64,000 nt of DNA. Origin: an uncultured delta proteobacterium (GTDB taxonomy: Bacteria > Desulfobacterota > Binatia > UBA9968). A model generated the notes under the pieces. The model did no database searches, had not been told where the DNA came from, and worked only from the letters and a program-made list of their open reading frames with translations. Of the stretch, positions 55,306 through 64,000 are shown in pieces. Location of the stretch: NCBI GenBank assembly GCA_963727625.1, contig CAVSHR010000012.1, positions 192,001 to 256,000 of the forward strand. Direction: 5' to 3'. Numbering within the stretch: position 1 is the first letter of the stretch; every line of letters begins with the position of its first letter. Both the position numbers and the translations under genes were made by a program.

Positions 55306-55679
55306 TTATAGCACAGCCCCCAGCCGTTTCTCCAAATACTGCTTTAGCGCGACAGCGTTGTTGTGTTCAACGTCCCGGGCGGCAAAAAGGAGGGTGACGT
55401 TGCCCTTGCGCGCCGCTTCCAGGATTGGCTGCCAGGTTTCCGGTTTGGCATCGAGCTCAGCAAAATAACGCTGTCGAAACACTTTCCATTTGCGGGCATC
55501 GTGGGCAAACCAACGGCGCAAGGCGTCGCTCGGGGCCACCTCTTTGAGCCAGCCCTGCAATCGCAGGTATTCCTTCTTAACTCCACGCGGCCAAAGCCGA
55601 TGTACCAGAAAGCAGGCGCCGTCCCCGTTTCGTACGGTTCGTAAACGCGTTTCACTCGAATCACTGTTGGACTCGCCAT
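55306..55679 (-). pseudogene. DUF488 (YeaO) family protein, frameshifted
   Basis: IRVKRVYEP then DG..FLVHRLWPRGVKKE..WLKEVAPS in another frame; one base missing near 55623-55630. Confidence 0.82.
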
Positions 55680-55712
55680 TCCCAGGCGTTCCTCACGCCG
55701 GCTCAGAGGCTG

Positions 55713-56105
55713 TTAGGTTAATTTCATTGCACTGAATTTTAGCTTTAGATATTCGCCGATCAACAGCGCAGCGGGATAAAGGACTTTCTCTTCCGTTTTT
55801 GCGTGCATCATCAGTTTTTCGGCAAAGTGGGCATGTTCCGGTTTCTTTTCTCTTTTTGCTGCCGCAACCAGTTTTCTAAGCGCAGCCACGACGGCTTTAT
55901 GCTCGCGCAACATTTTCGGCAGTTCTTTTTGCAGCCGGTCGGTCATAGCAAGAACAGCGCGCATCGACCGGTCGACTTTGCCCCGAGCCAATGTAGATAA
56001 CAGGCCGATGGGCGGCAGGGCAAATTCCTCTTCTTTCACGAAATGAGCGTGGAGAACTTTTGCCACGGCTTTTGCCGCTGCTGCCGTCTTGCCGCCCGCT
56101 TTTTT
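55713..56105 (-). pseudogene. Hemerythrin-like protein, apparently 5'-truncated
   Basis: HFVKEEE, EH, HAKTEE.VLYP motifs; first His-containing helix and a start with RBS not found. Confidence 0.6.
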
Positions 56106-56185
56106 TCCGGATAAGTTGCCTGAGCAGATAAGCCGCAGAAAAATTTGGGTCCGAGATACGCGCCGCGCTTGTTTCGACTATCCCA

Positions 56186-57094
56186 TCATCTCCATAAAAG
56201 CAGTCCGACCCCGGAACCCAAACTGTAGAGTACAAAGGAAAGTAGAGTCATCGCCTGCCCCGGAACCACCCGTGCGGTGATTTCGCCATCTCGGAGCAGA
56301 ATTCTGCCGGCAACAGCTGCCGGAATCATAAACAGCGCGCCCAGCCAGACTGCCACGGGAATTCCTGCCAGAGGCAACATCGTGAGACCGACCGCCGCTG
56401 CCGTCAACATCGCCACGAACACCCGCGCTGCCTTGGGACGCCCCAGCCGCACCACTAAATTGAGTCTTCCCGAGGCCGAGTCGGCGCGGTAATCGGGAAA
56501 CTCATTGATCCAGAGAAAAGCTACGATCAGGAGGCCCAGCAGGCTGGATACCAGGAACACCTCCAGCGTCACGGTGCCGCGCTGGACGAGGTAGGTGCCG
56601 GCGGTGATCAGCGGACCATAACAGATGCCGACGGCTAACTCTCCAAACCCACGATAGGAGAGCTTGAAGGGGGGCGCTTGGTAGAAATAGGCAAGGGCCA
56701 CTCCCGCGAGCCCAAGCCAGAGAATCTGTGGCTCTCGATAGATGACGATGAACAGTCCCCCCGCGATGCCGAAAGCATAGCCCGCCGTGGCAATTCCTGT
56801 CGTCTGGCGCCGGGTCAAAAGACCATCAATGAGCACTCGTTTCCCGCCGGAGAACGGGCTCCGGTCCTCGGGTGCCACAGCCTGGTCGGTTCCGGAGTCA
56901 AAATCGACAATTTCACCGGAGGCGTTCTTGGCCACCTCGATAAAAAAAATTCCCAAAACCGTGAGGGCCAACCATGGCCACGAGAGAAGTCCATCCCGCG
57001 CCGCCACGCAGGCGCCGAGAAACATCGCCGCGAAGGATGCCAATGAAATTTTTGGATCAGCGAGTCGCCAGAGACCTAAGCAGAAATTTTTCAT
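56186..57094 (-). CDS. UbiA-family prenyltransferase, MenA-like
   Basis: N..GEIVDFDSGTD, YQAPPFKLSYRGFGE, INEFPDY.AD..SGR.NL.VRLG. Confidence 0.85.
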   Translation of the reverse strand: MKNFCLGLWRLADPKISLASFAAMFLGACVAARDGLLSWPWLALTVLGIFFIEVAKNASGEIVDFDSGTDQAVAPEDRSPFSGGKRVLIDGLLTRRQTTGIATAGYAFGIAGGLFIVIYREPQILWLGLAGVALAYFYQAPPFKLSYRGFGELAVGICYGPLITAGTYLVQRGTVTLEVFLVSSLLGLLIVAFLWINEFPDYRADSASGRLNLVVRLGRPKAARVFVAMLTAAAVGLTMLPLAGIPVAVWLGALFMIPAAVAGRILLRDGEITARVVPGQAMTLLSFVLYSLGSGVGLLLWR

Positions 57095-57285
57095 TTTTCC
57101 GCGGCTTTTTCCCGCTCTCCTTTGACCGTTCATGAACCCGATCATTCATACCTCGGAGGTAAAGATTGCGGTCTGTTTAAGTACCGGAATTATGAACTTA
57201 TGACTGATCGATCTGCTAAAACGCTTAGAGAGATAAGCCAAAAATCGTTTCCGGTGTCCCGCCGCGGCGAAGAACGAGATGACGT

Positions 57286-57621
57286 TTATGATCGCTTTTT
57301 TTTGGCTCGTTGCGATCCTAAAACATCGTCGATCCAACTCAGCGCTGCCATCGTAGATGGGAAGCCTAAAGTGGTCAGTCCAAGTAGAGCCACGTGGCGA
57401 ATCTCCGCGGCCGTAGCGCCATCCTCAAGAGCTCGGCGCACATGAGCGTGAACAGCGCCTTCCATGCGCGCTCCCATCGCCATCGCCAATTTTACCAACG
57501 CACGGCTCTTCTTATCTAACGGGCCAGCTGCATGCGCCAACCCGCCGAGCCGATCGTAAACTTTCCAAAGGTCCGGATGAGCGCGCTTAAAAAGTTCATA
57601 GGGTCTTGGTAGCTTCGCCAT
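57286..57621 (-). CDS. Carboxymuconolactone decarboxylase (CMD/AhpD-like) protein
   Basis: GPLDKKSRALVKLAMA, HAHVRRAL.DGAT..EI, GFP. Confidence 0.88.
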   Translation of the reverse strand: MAKLPRPYELFKRAHPDLWKVYDRLGGLAHAAGPLDKKSRALVKLAMAMGARMEGAVHAHVRRALEDGATAAEIRHVALLGLTTLGFPSTMAALSWIDDVLGSQRAKKKRS

Positions 57622-57735
57622 GGTTTAGTCTCCTCTTCATTATTCGCTGTCGGTATATCGCAATCCACCCGGCGAACGCAAAAAAAGCTCCCCCAATTCC
57701 CGCCGCGTGCCAAACAGCGGGAGGATCTCGACTGT

Positions 57736-57936
57736 CTAGACGGGCTTAGCCTCAAATTTGGGCTTGTTTGAGACTGGACAGCTTGAGGAGTAGAAACATT
57801 TTTTGCAGCCGGGGTCGATCATCGGCAGCATGGTCAGGCAACGCGGACAGCGAGCCGTAAATGGGTTCGTGATTGGGCACTCACAGCGCGGACAGAGACG
57901 CGCTTCTGACCGCAACTTCTCGTCGAGGCCGGTCAT
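57736..57936 (-). CDS. Small Cys-rich protein coupled to feoB
   Basis: 66 aa; CPRCEC, CPRC, CKKC-x5-C; ATG overlaps feoB stop (ATGA). Confidence 0.72.
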   Translation of the reverse strand: MTGLDEKLRSEARLCPRCECPITNPFTARCPRCLTMLPMIDPGCKKCFYSSSCPVSNKPKFEAKPV

Positions 57937-59834
57937 ATCAGCACCTGCGAAAGCAAGCCGCCAACCAGGAATGCAACGACCCATGTGCCACACCAGACGA
58001 TCGACGCCTCCTTCAGCCCACGTTCCTTCAACATGACCATGACGGAGGCAATGCAAGGAGTAAAAAGGGTAATCGTAACCAAAGCCACAACAATCTGAGA
58101 AGGCGTTAACGCGAGCTGGTAAAGACCAGCTGCGCCGAAATCTCTTCTGACCATGCCCATCACAAAGGCATTGGCTGCCGCGCGCGGCAGTTGCAACCAA
58201 CCGGTGGTCACCGGCGCAAGAATGTCCTGCCACAGCGCCAAGAGTCCGGTTAGCTGCAGAGTGCCGATGCCTAAAGCGCCAGCGAAGAACCACGGCGTCG
58301 CTTCTTTCATGAAGAAATAGGAACGGTAGGCGGTTTTTCGCACGAGATTGTCGAGCCGAGGCAGACGCATCGGCGGGAGATCGATCAAGAAGGGCGTGGT
58401 CGTGCCGGAAAGCAGCCGATGAAGGACCGTACCGATGATCACGAACACGCAGAAGATTGTCACGGTGTAAATCACCATCGCGCCAATTCCTGCGCCGGCC
58501 AGCAGCGCCGCGACGACTGCAAGCTGCGCGGAACAAGGAATGGCGAATTGGAGAATTGCCGTGGCGATCCGCTTTTCTCGGTTGTTGCCGAGCAGTCGAG
58601 TGGAAAGGGTAGCCATGGTGACACAACCGAAACCGAGGATCAGCGGAATGACGGCGCTGCCGTTCAATCCGATCGCGTTCAGGCTGCGGTCGACCAAGGT
58701 CGCCAGACGCGGCAGGTAGCCGCTATCTTCCATGATCGCGAGCGATAGATAGAATCCGATAACCAGGGGCAGCAAGAGAAACAGCAAGTAGGTTACGGTC
58801 ATGGTCACGACCCCGAACTCGCCGACCAAAAGGGTGCCGAGCCACGACGTCGGAGCGATATATTGAGCTACCATCGCGCGCACCCACGGCTCCCACAGCT
58901 CTTGGCCGAGCTTCACCTCGGTGAATTTCACCAAATCCTGGGCGATGAGTTTGCCGACAAAGAGGTAGATCAGATAAAGCACCACAAAAAGCATGGGAAT
59001 CCCCGACCAAGGGTTGAGCGCCCAGCGTCCGAGCGTCGTAGCAAGGGAGGTGCGGCGACGATTCTCGACGAGCACTTCATCGATGATTGCGTTGACCCGA
59101 TTTCGTCGGTCGATGTAAATAGCTTCGCGCCCGTCTTCTGCCGGCACGCCGTGGCGCTGCGCCACGGTTTCATCGCCTTCCAAGATCAGCAGTGCCTCGG
59201 CCTCCGAACCGGTAGCGGTCAGCATCGTGTGGATCTGCTGATGCAGCGCAGGATCTTGCCGGCCGCGCCGGGCATTTTCAATCGCAGATTCCATATGCTC
59301 AAACCCGGCCCGCTTCGTCGCCGTCGTTGTGAAGATCGGCACACCGAGGAGGTCCGACAACCGCTTCGCGTCGATTTGCAGGCTGAGTTTTTCCACTTCG
59401 TCCATGCAGTTCAGGAAAAGTGAAACCCTTTTTCCCATGTCGATCAATTGTAGGGTAAGAAACAGATCCCGTTCGAGATGCGCGGCGTCGGCGATGTTGA
59501 GAATCACATCGGCTTGGAGGACAACCTCCCGTGTAACCCGCTCTTCATCACTAAAGGAGGAGATGCCGTAGACCCCGGGCGTGTCGACAATATCAAATTC
59601 CTTGTAGCGGCCGGTGGTGAACTCAATGGTCGTTCCCGGGTAATTGGAAACGTCAACATACATACCGGAGAGATAATTGAAAAAAAGCGACTTGCCCACG
59701 TTCGGGTTGCCCACCAGCGCGACACTGATCTGCCCCCCCAGCCGTGGACCCCAATTGCCACCCGCATGCTTATGTCGTTCGATGTGCGTGATACCGGCGG
59801 CGCCGTTGACTCGGCCAACCGAATGATTGTGCAT
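57933..59834 (-). CDS. feoB: Ferrous iron transporter B
   Basis: GNPNVGKS, NYPGTT, DTPG, EDSGYLPR, LGFGC, IPCSAQ, FTPCIA. Confidence 0.95.
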   Translation of the reverse strand: MHNHSVGRVNGAAGITHIERHKHAGGNWGPRLGGQISVALVGNPNVGKSLFFNYLSGMYVDVSNYPGTTIEFTTGRYKEFDIVDTPGVYGISSFSDEERVTREVVLQADVILNIADAAHLERDLFLTLQLIDMGKRVSLFLNCMDEVEKLSLQIDAKRLSDLLGVPIFTTTATKRAGFEHMESAIENARRGRQDPALHQQIHTMLTATGSEAEALLILEGDETVAQRHGVPAEDGREAIYIDRRNRVNAIIDEVLVENRRRTSLATTLGRWALNPWSGIPMLFVVLYLIYLFVGKLIAQDLVKFTEVKLGQELWEPWVRAMVAQYIAPTSWLGTLLVGEFGVVTMTVTYLLFLLLPLVIGFYLSLAIMEDSGYLPRLATLVDRSLNAIGLNGSAVIPLILGFGCVTMATLSTRLLGNNREKRIATAILQFAIPCSAQLAVVAALLAGAGIGAMVIYTVTIFCVFVIIGTVLHRLLSGTTTPFLIDLPPMRLPRLDNLVRKTAYRSYFFMKEATPWFFAGALGIGTLQLTGLLALWQDILAPVTTGWLQLPRAAANAFVMGMVRRDFGAAGLYQLALTPSQIVVALVTITLFTPCIASVMVMLKERGLKEASIVWCGTWVVAFLVGGLLSQVLI

Positions 59835-59843
59835 GATGTTATC

Positions 59844-60101
59844 TTACATCTGACAGGTGCCATCCGCATTGGCGTAAACGACGAGGATGGTCTTTGCCAG
59901 CGTGGCGCCGATGGCGATCTCCTGGCGATTTTTTTCGATCACCACTGTCCCTCCGGGAAGCCTCTCGATGCACTTGATCAATTGACCCTTGAGTATCCCG
60001 AGACGGATAAGCCGCTCCCGGCTCCGCCCCTCAGGGATATCGATAATGAAGAGCGAACTGCCCTTAGTGACATGGTCCAGCGACATCCGGTTACTTTTCA
60101 T
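59844..60101 (-). CDS. feoA: Ferrous iron transport protein A
   Basis: RLIRLGI.KG, IAIG..LA..ILV; directly upstream of feoB; start uncertain. Confidence 0.88.
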   Translation of the reverse strand: MKSNRMSLDHVTKGSSLFIIDIPEGRSRERLIRLGILKGQLIKCIERLPGGTVVIEKNRQEIAIGATLAKTILVVYANADGTCQM

Positions 60102-60141
60102 CAGCCCCAAAGCACGAACAGACCTTTAACCATTTTCTGCC

Positions 60142-60156
60142 GCAAACGTTGTGCCA
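60142..60156 (-). promoter_or_regulatory. sigma54 promoter of the feo operon
   Basis: TGGCAC-AACGT-TTGC on minus strand. Confidence 0.82.
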
Positions 60157-60486
60157 CCAACAACTTGGGCGGTTCTGCGCCAATTGCGCTGACGGCGTGA
60201 TTAGCTTTGGCCTTGCGTGATTATTACATTTGCGAATAATAGTGCGAATTTTATCGGTTAGTGGAAATGTTGAGCGCTCACCGGAAACATCGCCGTTTTT
60301 TGGTTATACGCTAGGGCGCCGCAACGCGATTCATAAAGACGGGCGGGACCATTCTTAAACTAAACTAGAGCGGTAATTCGGGGAAATGCGTATCGCCGAC
60401 CGGGAAGTTGAGCGAGCGCCTCAGCGCTGGATCGCTTAGTCTCGTCTGTCGCACTCCGTGCCAAACTTCAACGGCTGAAGCTCTTG

Positions 60487-60984
60487 TCACAATTTCAGGC
60501 TATAGCCCGCTCTCGCCAAGGCCCGGCGGGTGGCGTCCATCACAAACGGACTATCGACGTGCGGCACGACCCTTACATCCGCTGCGGCGCGCAATTGCTG
60601 CAAAATCTGCTCGGCGTCGGCTCCGGCCAGTTCCTCGCATTGGTCGTACATCCCGCCGGGGTCCTCTTCGATCGGGTTATGGACTATAAGGATCGCGCGA
60701 ATGGCCGCGACAACCGGCGCAGTCGGCGTGGGCACCAGCAACGCGGTTAGCGCGCCGTGATCGAGACGCAGCTTGGCCGCGATGGGAAGCGGTTCACCGC
60801 CGCGCTGCTTTCGAGCCGCGGGAAAAAGCACCTTTTCCTCCATCCCGATATGCTTGAGCAAACCCGCGCGGAATTGCGCATAAGCCGCGGCGTCGATCTT
60901 TTCCGGGTCGGCCATGGCGCGATCGAGCAAGCCGTCGAGGCGGCGGTGATCATCGGCGAGGTAACGGTGGATTATTCCGGCCAT
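60487..60984 (-). CDS. Hemerythrin-domain protein
   Basis: DDHRRLD, HIGMEE.VLFP, LDH, HNPIEE. Confidence 0.87.
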   Translation of the reverse strand: MAGIIHRYLADDHRRLDGLLDRAMADPEKIDAAAYAQFRAGLLKHIGMEEKVLFPAARKQRGGEPLPIAAKLRLDHGALTALLVPTPTAPVVAAIRAILIVHNPIEEDPGGMYDQCEELAGADAEQILQQLRAAADVRVVPHVDSPFVMDATRRALARAGYSLKL

Positions 60985-61060
60985 GAAACCACTTTTCCGA
61001 CAAGTTAATTCGCTGCGCCCTCAGGGGATGGCTTCAACCTTCCGCCTTTACGACCGTGGA

Positions 61061-61687
61061 CTAGCGCTTCTTCAAATCGACGTTGAGCACGAACACCTCG
61101 CCGTCGCGGACAAGCTCAACGGTTTCGCTCCGGACCTCGAGGTTCGGGTGCCAGATCTGGACGCGCAACCTGCCCAACGGGACATTCTTGATCTCGTAAA
61201 GTCCCCGGCTATCGGTGCTGGAAAAAAACGGATGAGCCTTCACGACGACGAACGCCTCCATACTCGGATGCACGTTGCAGAGAATGCGCGAGACCCCGGC
61301 CTTGTCGAATTTCTTACTTCGAGTCTTCCCTGGAGGGTAAAGACCAAGATCGAAATCGTTTGCGCCGTCCTTGGAGTAAACATTGTGCCAGGTCTTGTCG
61401 TAATTCGGAAAGTCAACCGTATCGCCGACCATAATCGCCACGACGGTGGGATGGAATTTCAGGTCCTTCTGATCCATCGCCTTTTTCTGCGGCTTCATGG
61501 TCGCGACCTGCGCTTTTATTTGCGCGCTTGAAAGACCTTCGACAGAGACCACCGCATCGGCAGTCGGTTTGCCGTCAAACGTAATCATGCCCTTGACGAT
61601 TCCCACACCGGCTGGCTCCGCCGCCAGAACTATCGACGGTAAGGTCAGCAGCATACCGATGATCATCCGCTGGACTAACTTTTTCAT
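61061..61687 (-). CDS. Secreted cupredoxin-like protein with carboxypeptidase-regulatory-like domain
   Basis: Signal peptide, FPN.D..WHNV, CNVHPSM; ATG overlaps the upstream stop. Confidence 0.8.
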   Translation of the reverse strand: MKKLVQRMIIGMLLTLPSIVLAAEPAGVGIVKGMITFDGKPTADAVVSVEGLSSAQIKAQVATMKPQKKAMDQKDLKFHPTVVAIMVGDTVDFPNYDKTWHNVYSKDGANDFDLGLYPPGKTRSKKFDKAGVSRILCNVHPSMEAFVVVKAHPFFSSTDSRGLYEIKNVPLGRLRVQIWHPNLEVRSETVELVRDGEVFVLNVDLKKR

Positions 61688-62424
61688 TTTTTTACCCCCG
61701 GTGACGTTGTGAAAGTGAAGTCCACCGTTTGCGCCGCGCCGGGCTTGACGTCGATACGCTTCACCTGGGTCCCCAGGCTCTCGTGCCAAACTTTCAATCG
61801 ATAGACCCCCGGCGGCACATCAGAGAGCTCATATTCTCCGTAAAGATCCGAGATCGCATGATAAGGATGCTCGGTCACGACGATATACGCGCTCATCCAG
61901 GGATGAACTTCGCAGCGGATTTTGACCACGCCGGCAGCGATCAGCGGCTTTCGGCTAACCCGTCCGGGATACAACCCGACATTGAATTGCGGCTGTTCCT
62001 TGGTGAAGAACGCGTGCGCCGTGTGCAGAATAGGATCGGAGTTCTTGAGGATCACGAACTGACCGACGCTCGCCGCCAGCACATGCGGGCTGAAGCGACA
62101 CTCGATATTGTCGAGCTCGTGGGTGGTCTCCCTTTCCACCGCTTTTCCTTTAGTGATACCTTCTAACGTCACCACCGCGTAACGAAGCCCCCGCCCCGGA
62201 CCGACGATCAGGGTTTCATTCGGCACGTCCTTACAGATCTCCTTATTCTTCGTGATCTGCAGCGGCGCCGGCTGCGGCAAATTCCCTTCGACCTTCACGC
62301 TGCCGCGAATGGTCGCGCCATTCTTGACTACGATCTCCTCATAAGCATAAAGAGGTTGGAGCCAACTGCCCAACAGGAATACCGCCAAACCCAAGCCAGC
62401 TAGTTTCAATGTTTTTATCTTCAT
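61684..62424 (-). CDS. Secreted cupredoxin-like protein with carboxypeptidase-regulatory-like domain
   Basis: Signal peptide MKIKTLK.., NSDPILHTAH, CEVHPWM, VPPG.Y.L.VWHE. Confidence 0.8.
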   Translation of the reverse strand: MKIKTLKLAGLGLAVFLLGSWLQPLYAYEEIVVKNGATIRGSVKVEGNLPQPAPLQITKNKEICKDVPNETLIVGPGRGLRYAVVTLEGITKGKAVERETTHELDNIECRFSPHVLAASVGQFVILKNSDPILHTAHAFFTKEQPQFNVGLYPGRVSRKPLIAAGVVKIRCEVHPWMSAYIVVTEHPYHAISDLYGEYELSDVPPGVYRLKVWHESLGTQVKRIDVKPGAAQTVDFTFTTSPGVKK

Positions 62425-62441
62425 AATGCTTTTTAGTATCA

Positions 62442-62456
62442 GCAATGGCTGTGCCA
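62442..62456 (-). promoter_or_regulatory. sigma54 promoter
   Basis: TGGCAC-AGCCA-TTGC(T), full consensus match. Confidence 0.82.
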
Positions 62457-62483
62457 TATAATGTCACGTTGTGAATTGCGCCC

Positions 62484-62924
62484 TCACTTGGGCGGACGAA
62501 TCGATAACACCGGACAGGTTGCGCGGGCGACCACTTTGGCCGTGACGCTGCCCAGCATTACTTGCTCCAAGCCGGTGCGGCCGTGGGTGGACATGACGAT
62601 CAAATCCGCCTTTTCTTCTTCCGCCCTACGCACGATCTCTTTGTACGGGACGCCGACTTCGACGATCTCGCGATGAATCACCTTGCCGAAAAACTCGGCG
62701 CAATTTTCTTTAACGAATTCGGCCAATCGCTGTTTCTGCTTGGGTACCAACGCGTTCGCTGGATTTAGCGCGTCATCCTTATCAAACCAATCGCCGTCTT
62801 CGCTGATCACATGGTACACCACGACCTCGGCGCCCTGGGCCAGGGCCATATCCATGGCGTAGCGCACCGCCGCGCGCGATAGCTTGGACAGATCCGTTGG
62901 CGCGATAATCTTGGTGAACTTCAT
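62484..62924 (-). CDS. Universal stress protein
   Basis: IIAPTDLS, IVMSTHGRTG..MLGSVT..CPVL; GGAGGAGG before ATG 62924. Confidence 0.92.
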   Translation of the reverse strand: MKFTKIIAPTDLSKLSRAAVRYAMDMALAQGAEVVVYHVISEDGDWFDKDDALNPANALVPKQKQRLAEFVKENCAEFFGKVIHREIVEVGVPYKEIVRRAEEEKADLIVMSTHGRTGLEQVMLGSVTAKVVARATCPVLSIRPPK

Positions 62925-62978
62925 TGTCGACCCTCCTCCACCCGCCGGCTTCCCCATGGCCTCTACAGCGACGCTATG

Positions 62979-62993
62979 GCAATAACCATGCCG
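62979..62993 (-). promoter_or_regulatory. sigma54 promoter
   Basis: CGGCAT-GGTTA-TTGC on minus strand. Confidence 0.68.
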
Positions 62994-63278
62994 CCGTCCA
63001 GACTTAGGGTTGCCTGCGAATTCATAACGGATGGGGGCAACGACTTTGCAAGCATGGGGAATTAACAAAAAATTTTCTCAAAAATGGTAAATATTTTAAC
63101 AAGACGGCAGATGACGGCTGCGCCGGCGCAAATCGCAAGGCCCGCCGCGCAACCTCGCTTAACAGATTGTTGGTAGCTGTTCGCCGCTCAACAGATCGAT
63201 CACCCGCTCGGTGGCCAGTTGGGTTTTTAGCACGACTCGATCAGACGAACCGCCGCTCGCTTTGCCGATGAAAATCTA

Positions 63279-63293
63279 TGGCACGAAGAGTGC
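63279..63293 (+). promoter_or_regulatory. sigma54 promoter
   Basis: TGGCAC-GAAGA-GTGC(A). Confidence 0.72.
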
Positions 63294-63354
63294 ACCTTGG
63301 CTCTGTGGAGGACGAGAAGATACAACAGCATGGAACCGATAGGAACCCATAACC

Positions 63355-63786
63355 ATGAATGGTAAATACCATTGGATGAAAGTTGTCGACGTGATGACCA
63401 GAGCCCCCTATACCATAGAGCCGTCCGAGCCCATCGGCCGCGCCGTGGAGCTGATGTCAGCTCATGGCATTCGCCATCTGCCCGTAGTCATGGGAAAAGC
63501 CTTGGTCGGCATCATCAGCGACCGCGACATCCGTTCCAGCATCAGCGACCCCGAACGGCTCTATCCGAATGGCAAAACCAACGCGCTTGAAATTAAAGTG
63601 GGCGACGCGATGACCAGAGACCCCATTACGCTGTCGCCGGACGACGAGCTGCGCAAAGCCGTTGAGCTGCTGATCGAAGAGAAAATCGGCGGCTTTCCGG
63701 TCGTCGGCCGCAACTCAGAGCTGCTCGGAATCGTCACCTATATCGATGTGCTGAGCTGCTTTCTCAATCGGCTAAGGGAGCAATAA
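63355..63786 (+). CDS. CBS-domain protein (AcuB-like)
   Basis: VMTRAP, IRHLPVV, GIISDRDIR, GIVTYIDVL. Confidence 0.9.
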   Translation: MNGKYHWMKVVDVMTRAPYTIEPSEPIGRAVELMSAHGIRHLPVVMGKALVGIISDRDIRSSISDPERLYPNGKTNALEIKVGDAMTRDPITLSPDDELRKAVELLIEEKIGGFPVVGRNSELLGIVTYIDVLSCFLNRLREQ

Positions 63787-63891
63787 AGGAAACCGGCAAG
63801 GCTAATTTATACGGTGGTCGAACCAACGCTTGCAGCTGCGGAAAGGCTAGCCGTTAGAATTTCCCGGTTAGATTCAACCGGAGAGGAGCCG

Positions 63892-64000
63892 ATGGCGCGG
63901 CAGGTCGATCAACGGTGTTTTCATTGCGAGTCAGCGCGTCGGCACGAAATCAGCGCTTCCGACGCGATGCCTAAGCGCAACCGGCTCGGCCCTCGGATTG
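63892..64000 (+). CDS. Possible CDS start running off the window (CxxC)
   Basis: GAGGAG RBS, MARQVDQRCFHC..., no stop before window end. Confidence 0.35.
   Translation, partial: MARQVDQRCFHCESARRHEISASDAMPKRNRLGPRI

Noticed and set aside
57698-57712. TGGCAC-GCGGC-GGGA (minus strand) upstream of the CMD gene
   Set aside because: The -12 element lacks GC; at best degenerate
60218-60243. AT-rich stretch upstream of feoA as a Fur box
   Set aside because: Only a weak match to GATAATGATAATCATTATC; cannot be supported by eye
60449-60463. TGGCACGGAGTGC (minus strand) downstream of the hemerythrin gene
   Set aside because: GG-to-GC spacing is 8 rather than 10, and no nearby start codon

Overview
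GC-rich bacterial window; the LLM oxidoreductase, NMT1-type binding protein and REP style suggest a Binatia/deltaproteobacterium-like host, but this is inference only. After a short core-like stretch (ettA, phosphatase, LLM oxidoreductase, ABC binding protein), about 5-64 kb is a mosaic low-oxygen, redox and metal(loid) stress region. It holds a GNAT-acetate--CoA ligase, a split pyruvate:ferredoxin oxidoreductase with CBS and USP partners, a LolA-like ABC exporter, arsR/arsC/acr3, CDF and ChrA transporters, an RpoD paralog, glucan phosphorylase, a TolC-MFP-RND pump, two P2-type ATPases, quinol-dependent NO reductase, hemerythrins, feoAB and tandem cupredoxins. Two things are invisible in the ORF track. 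(1) A 55-codon membrane protein gene (40353-40520, minus strand) has an in-frame UGA in a U-x4-C motif, a SECIS-like hairpin directly after it, and a read-through stop that overlaps the P-type ATPase start; it is a candidate selenoprotein inside the RND/P-type ATPase operon. (2) About 12 correctly spaced and oriented sigma54 (-24/-12) promoters head most operons, yet no enhancer-binding protein is encoded in the window. Several genes carry single-base indels, a nonsense codon or deletions (decay and/or sequencing error). No rRNA, tRNA, CRISPR array or transposase was recognised.
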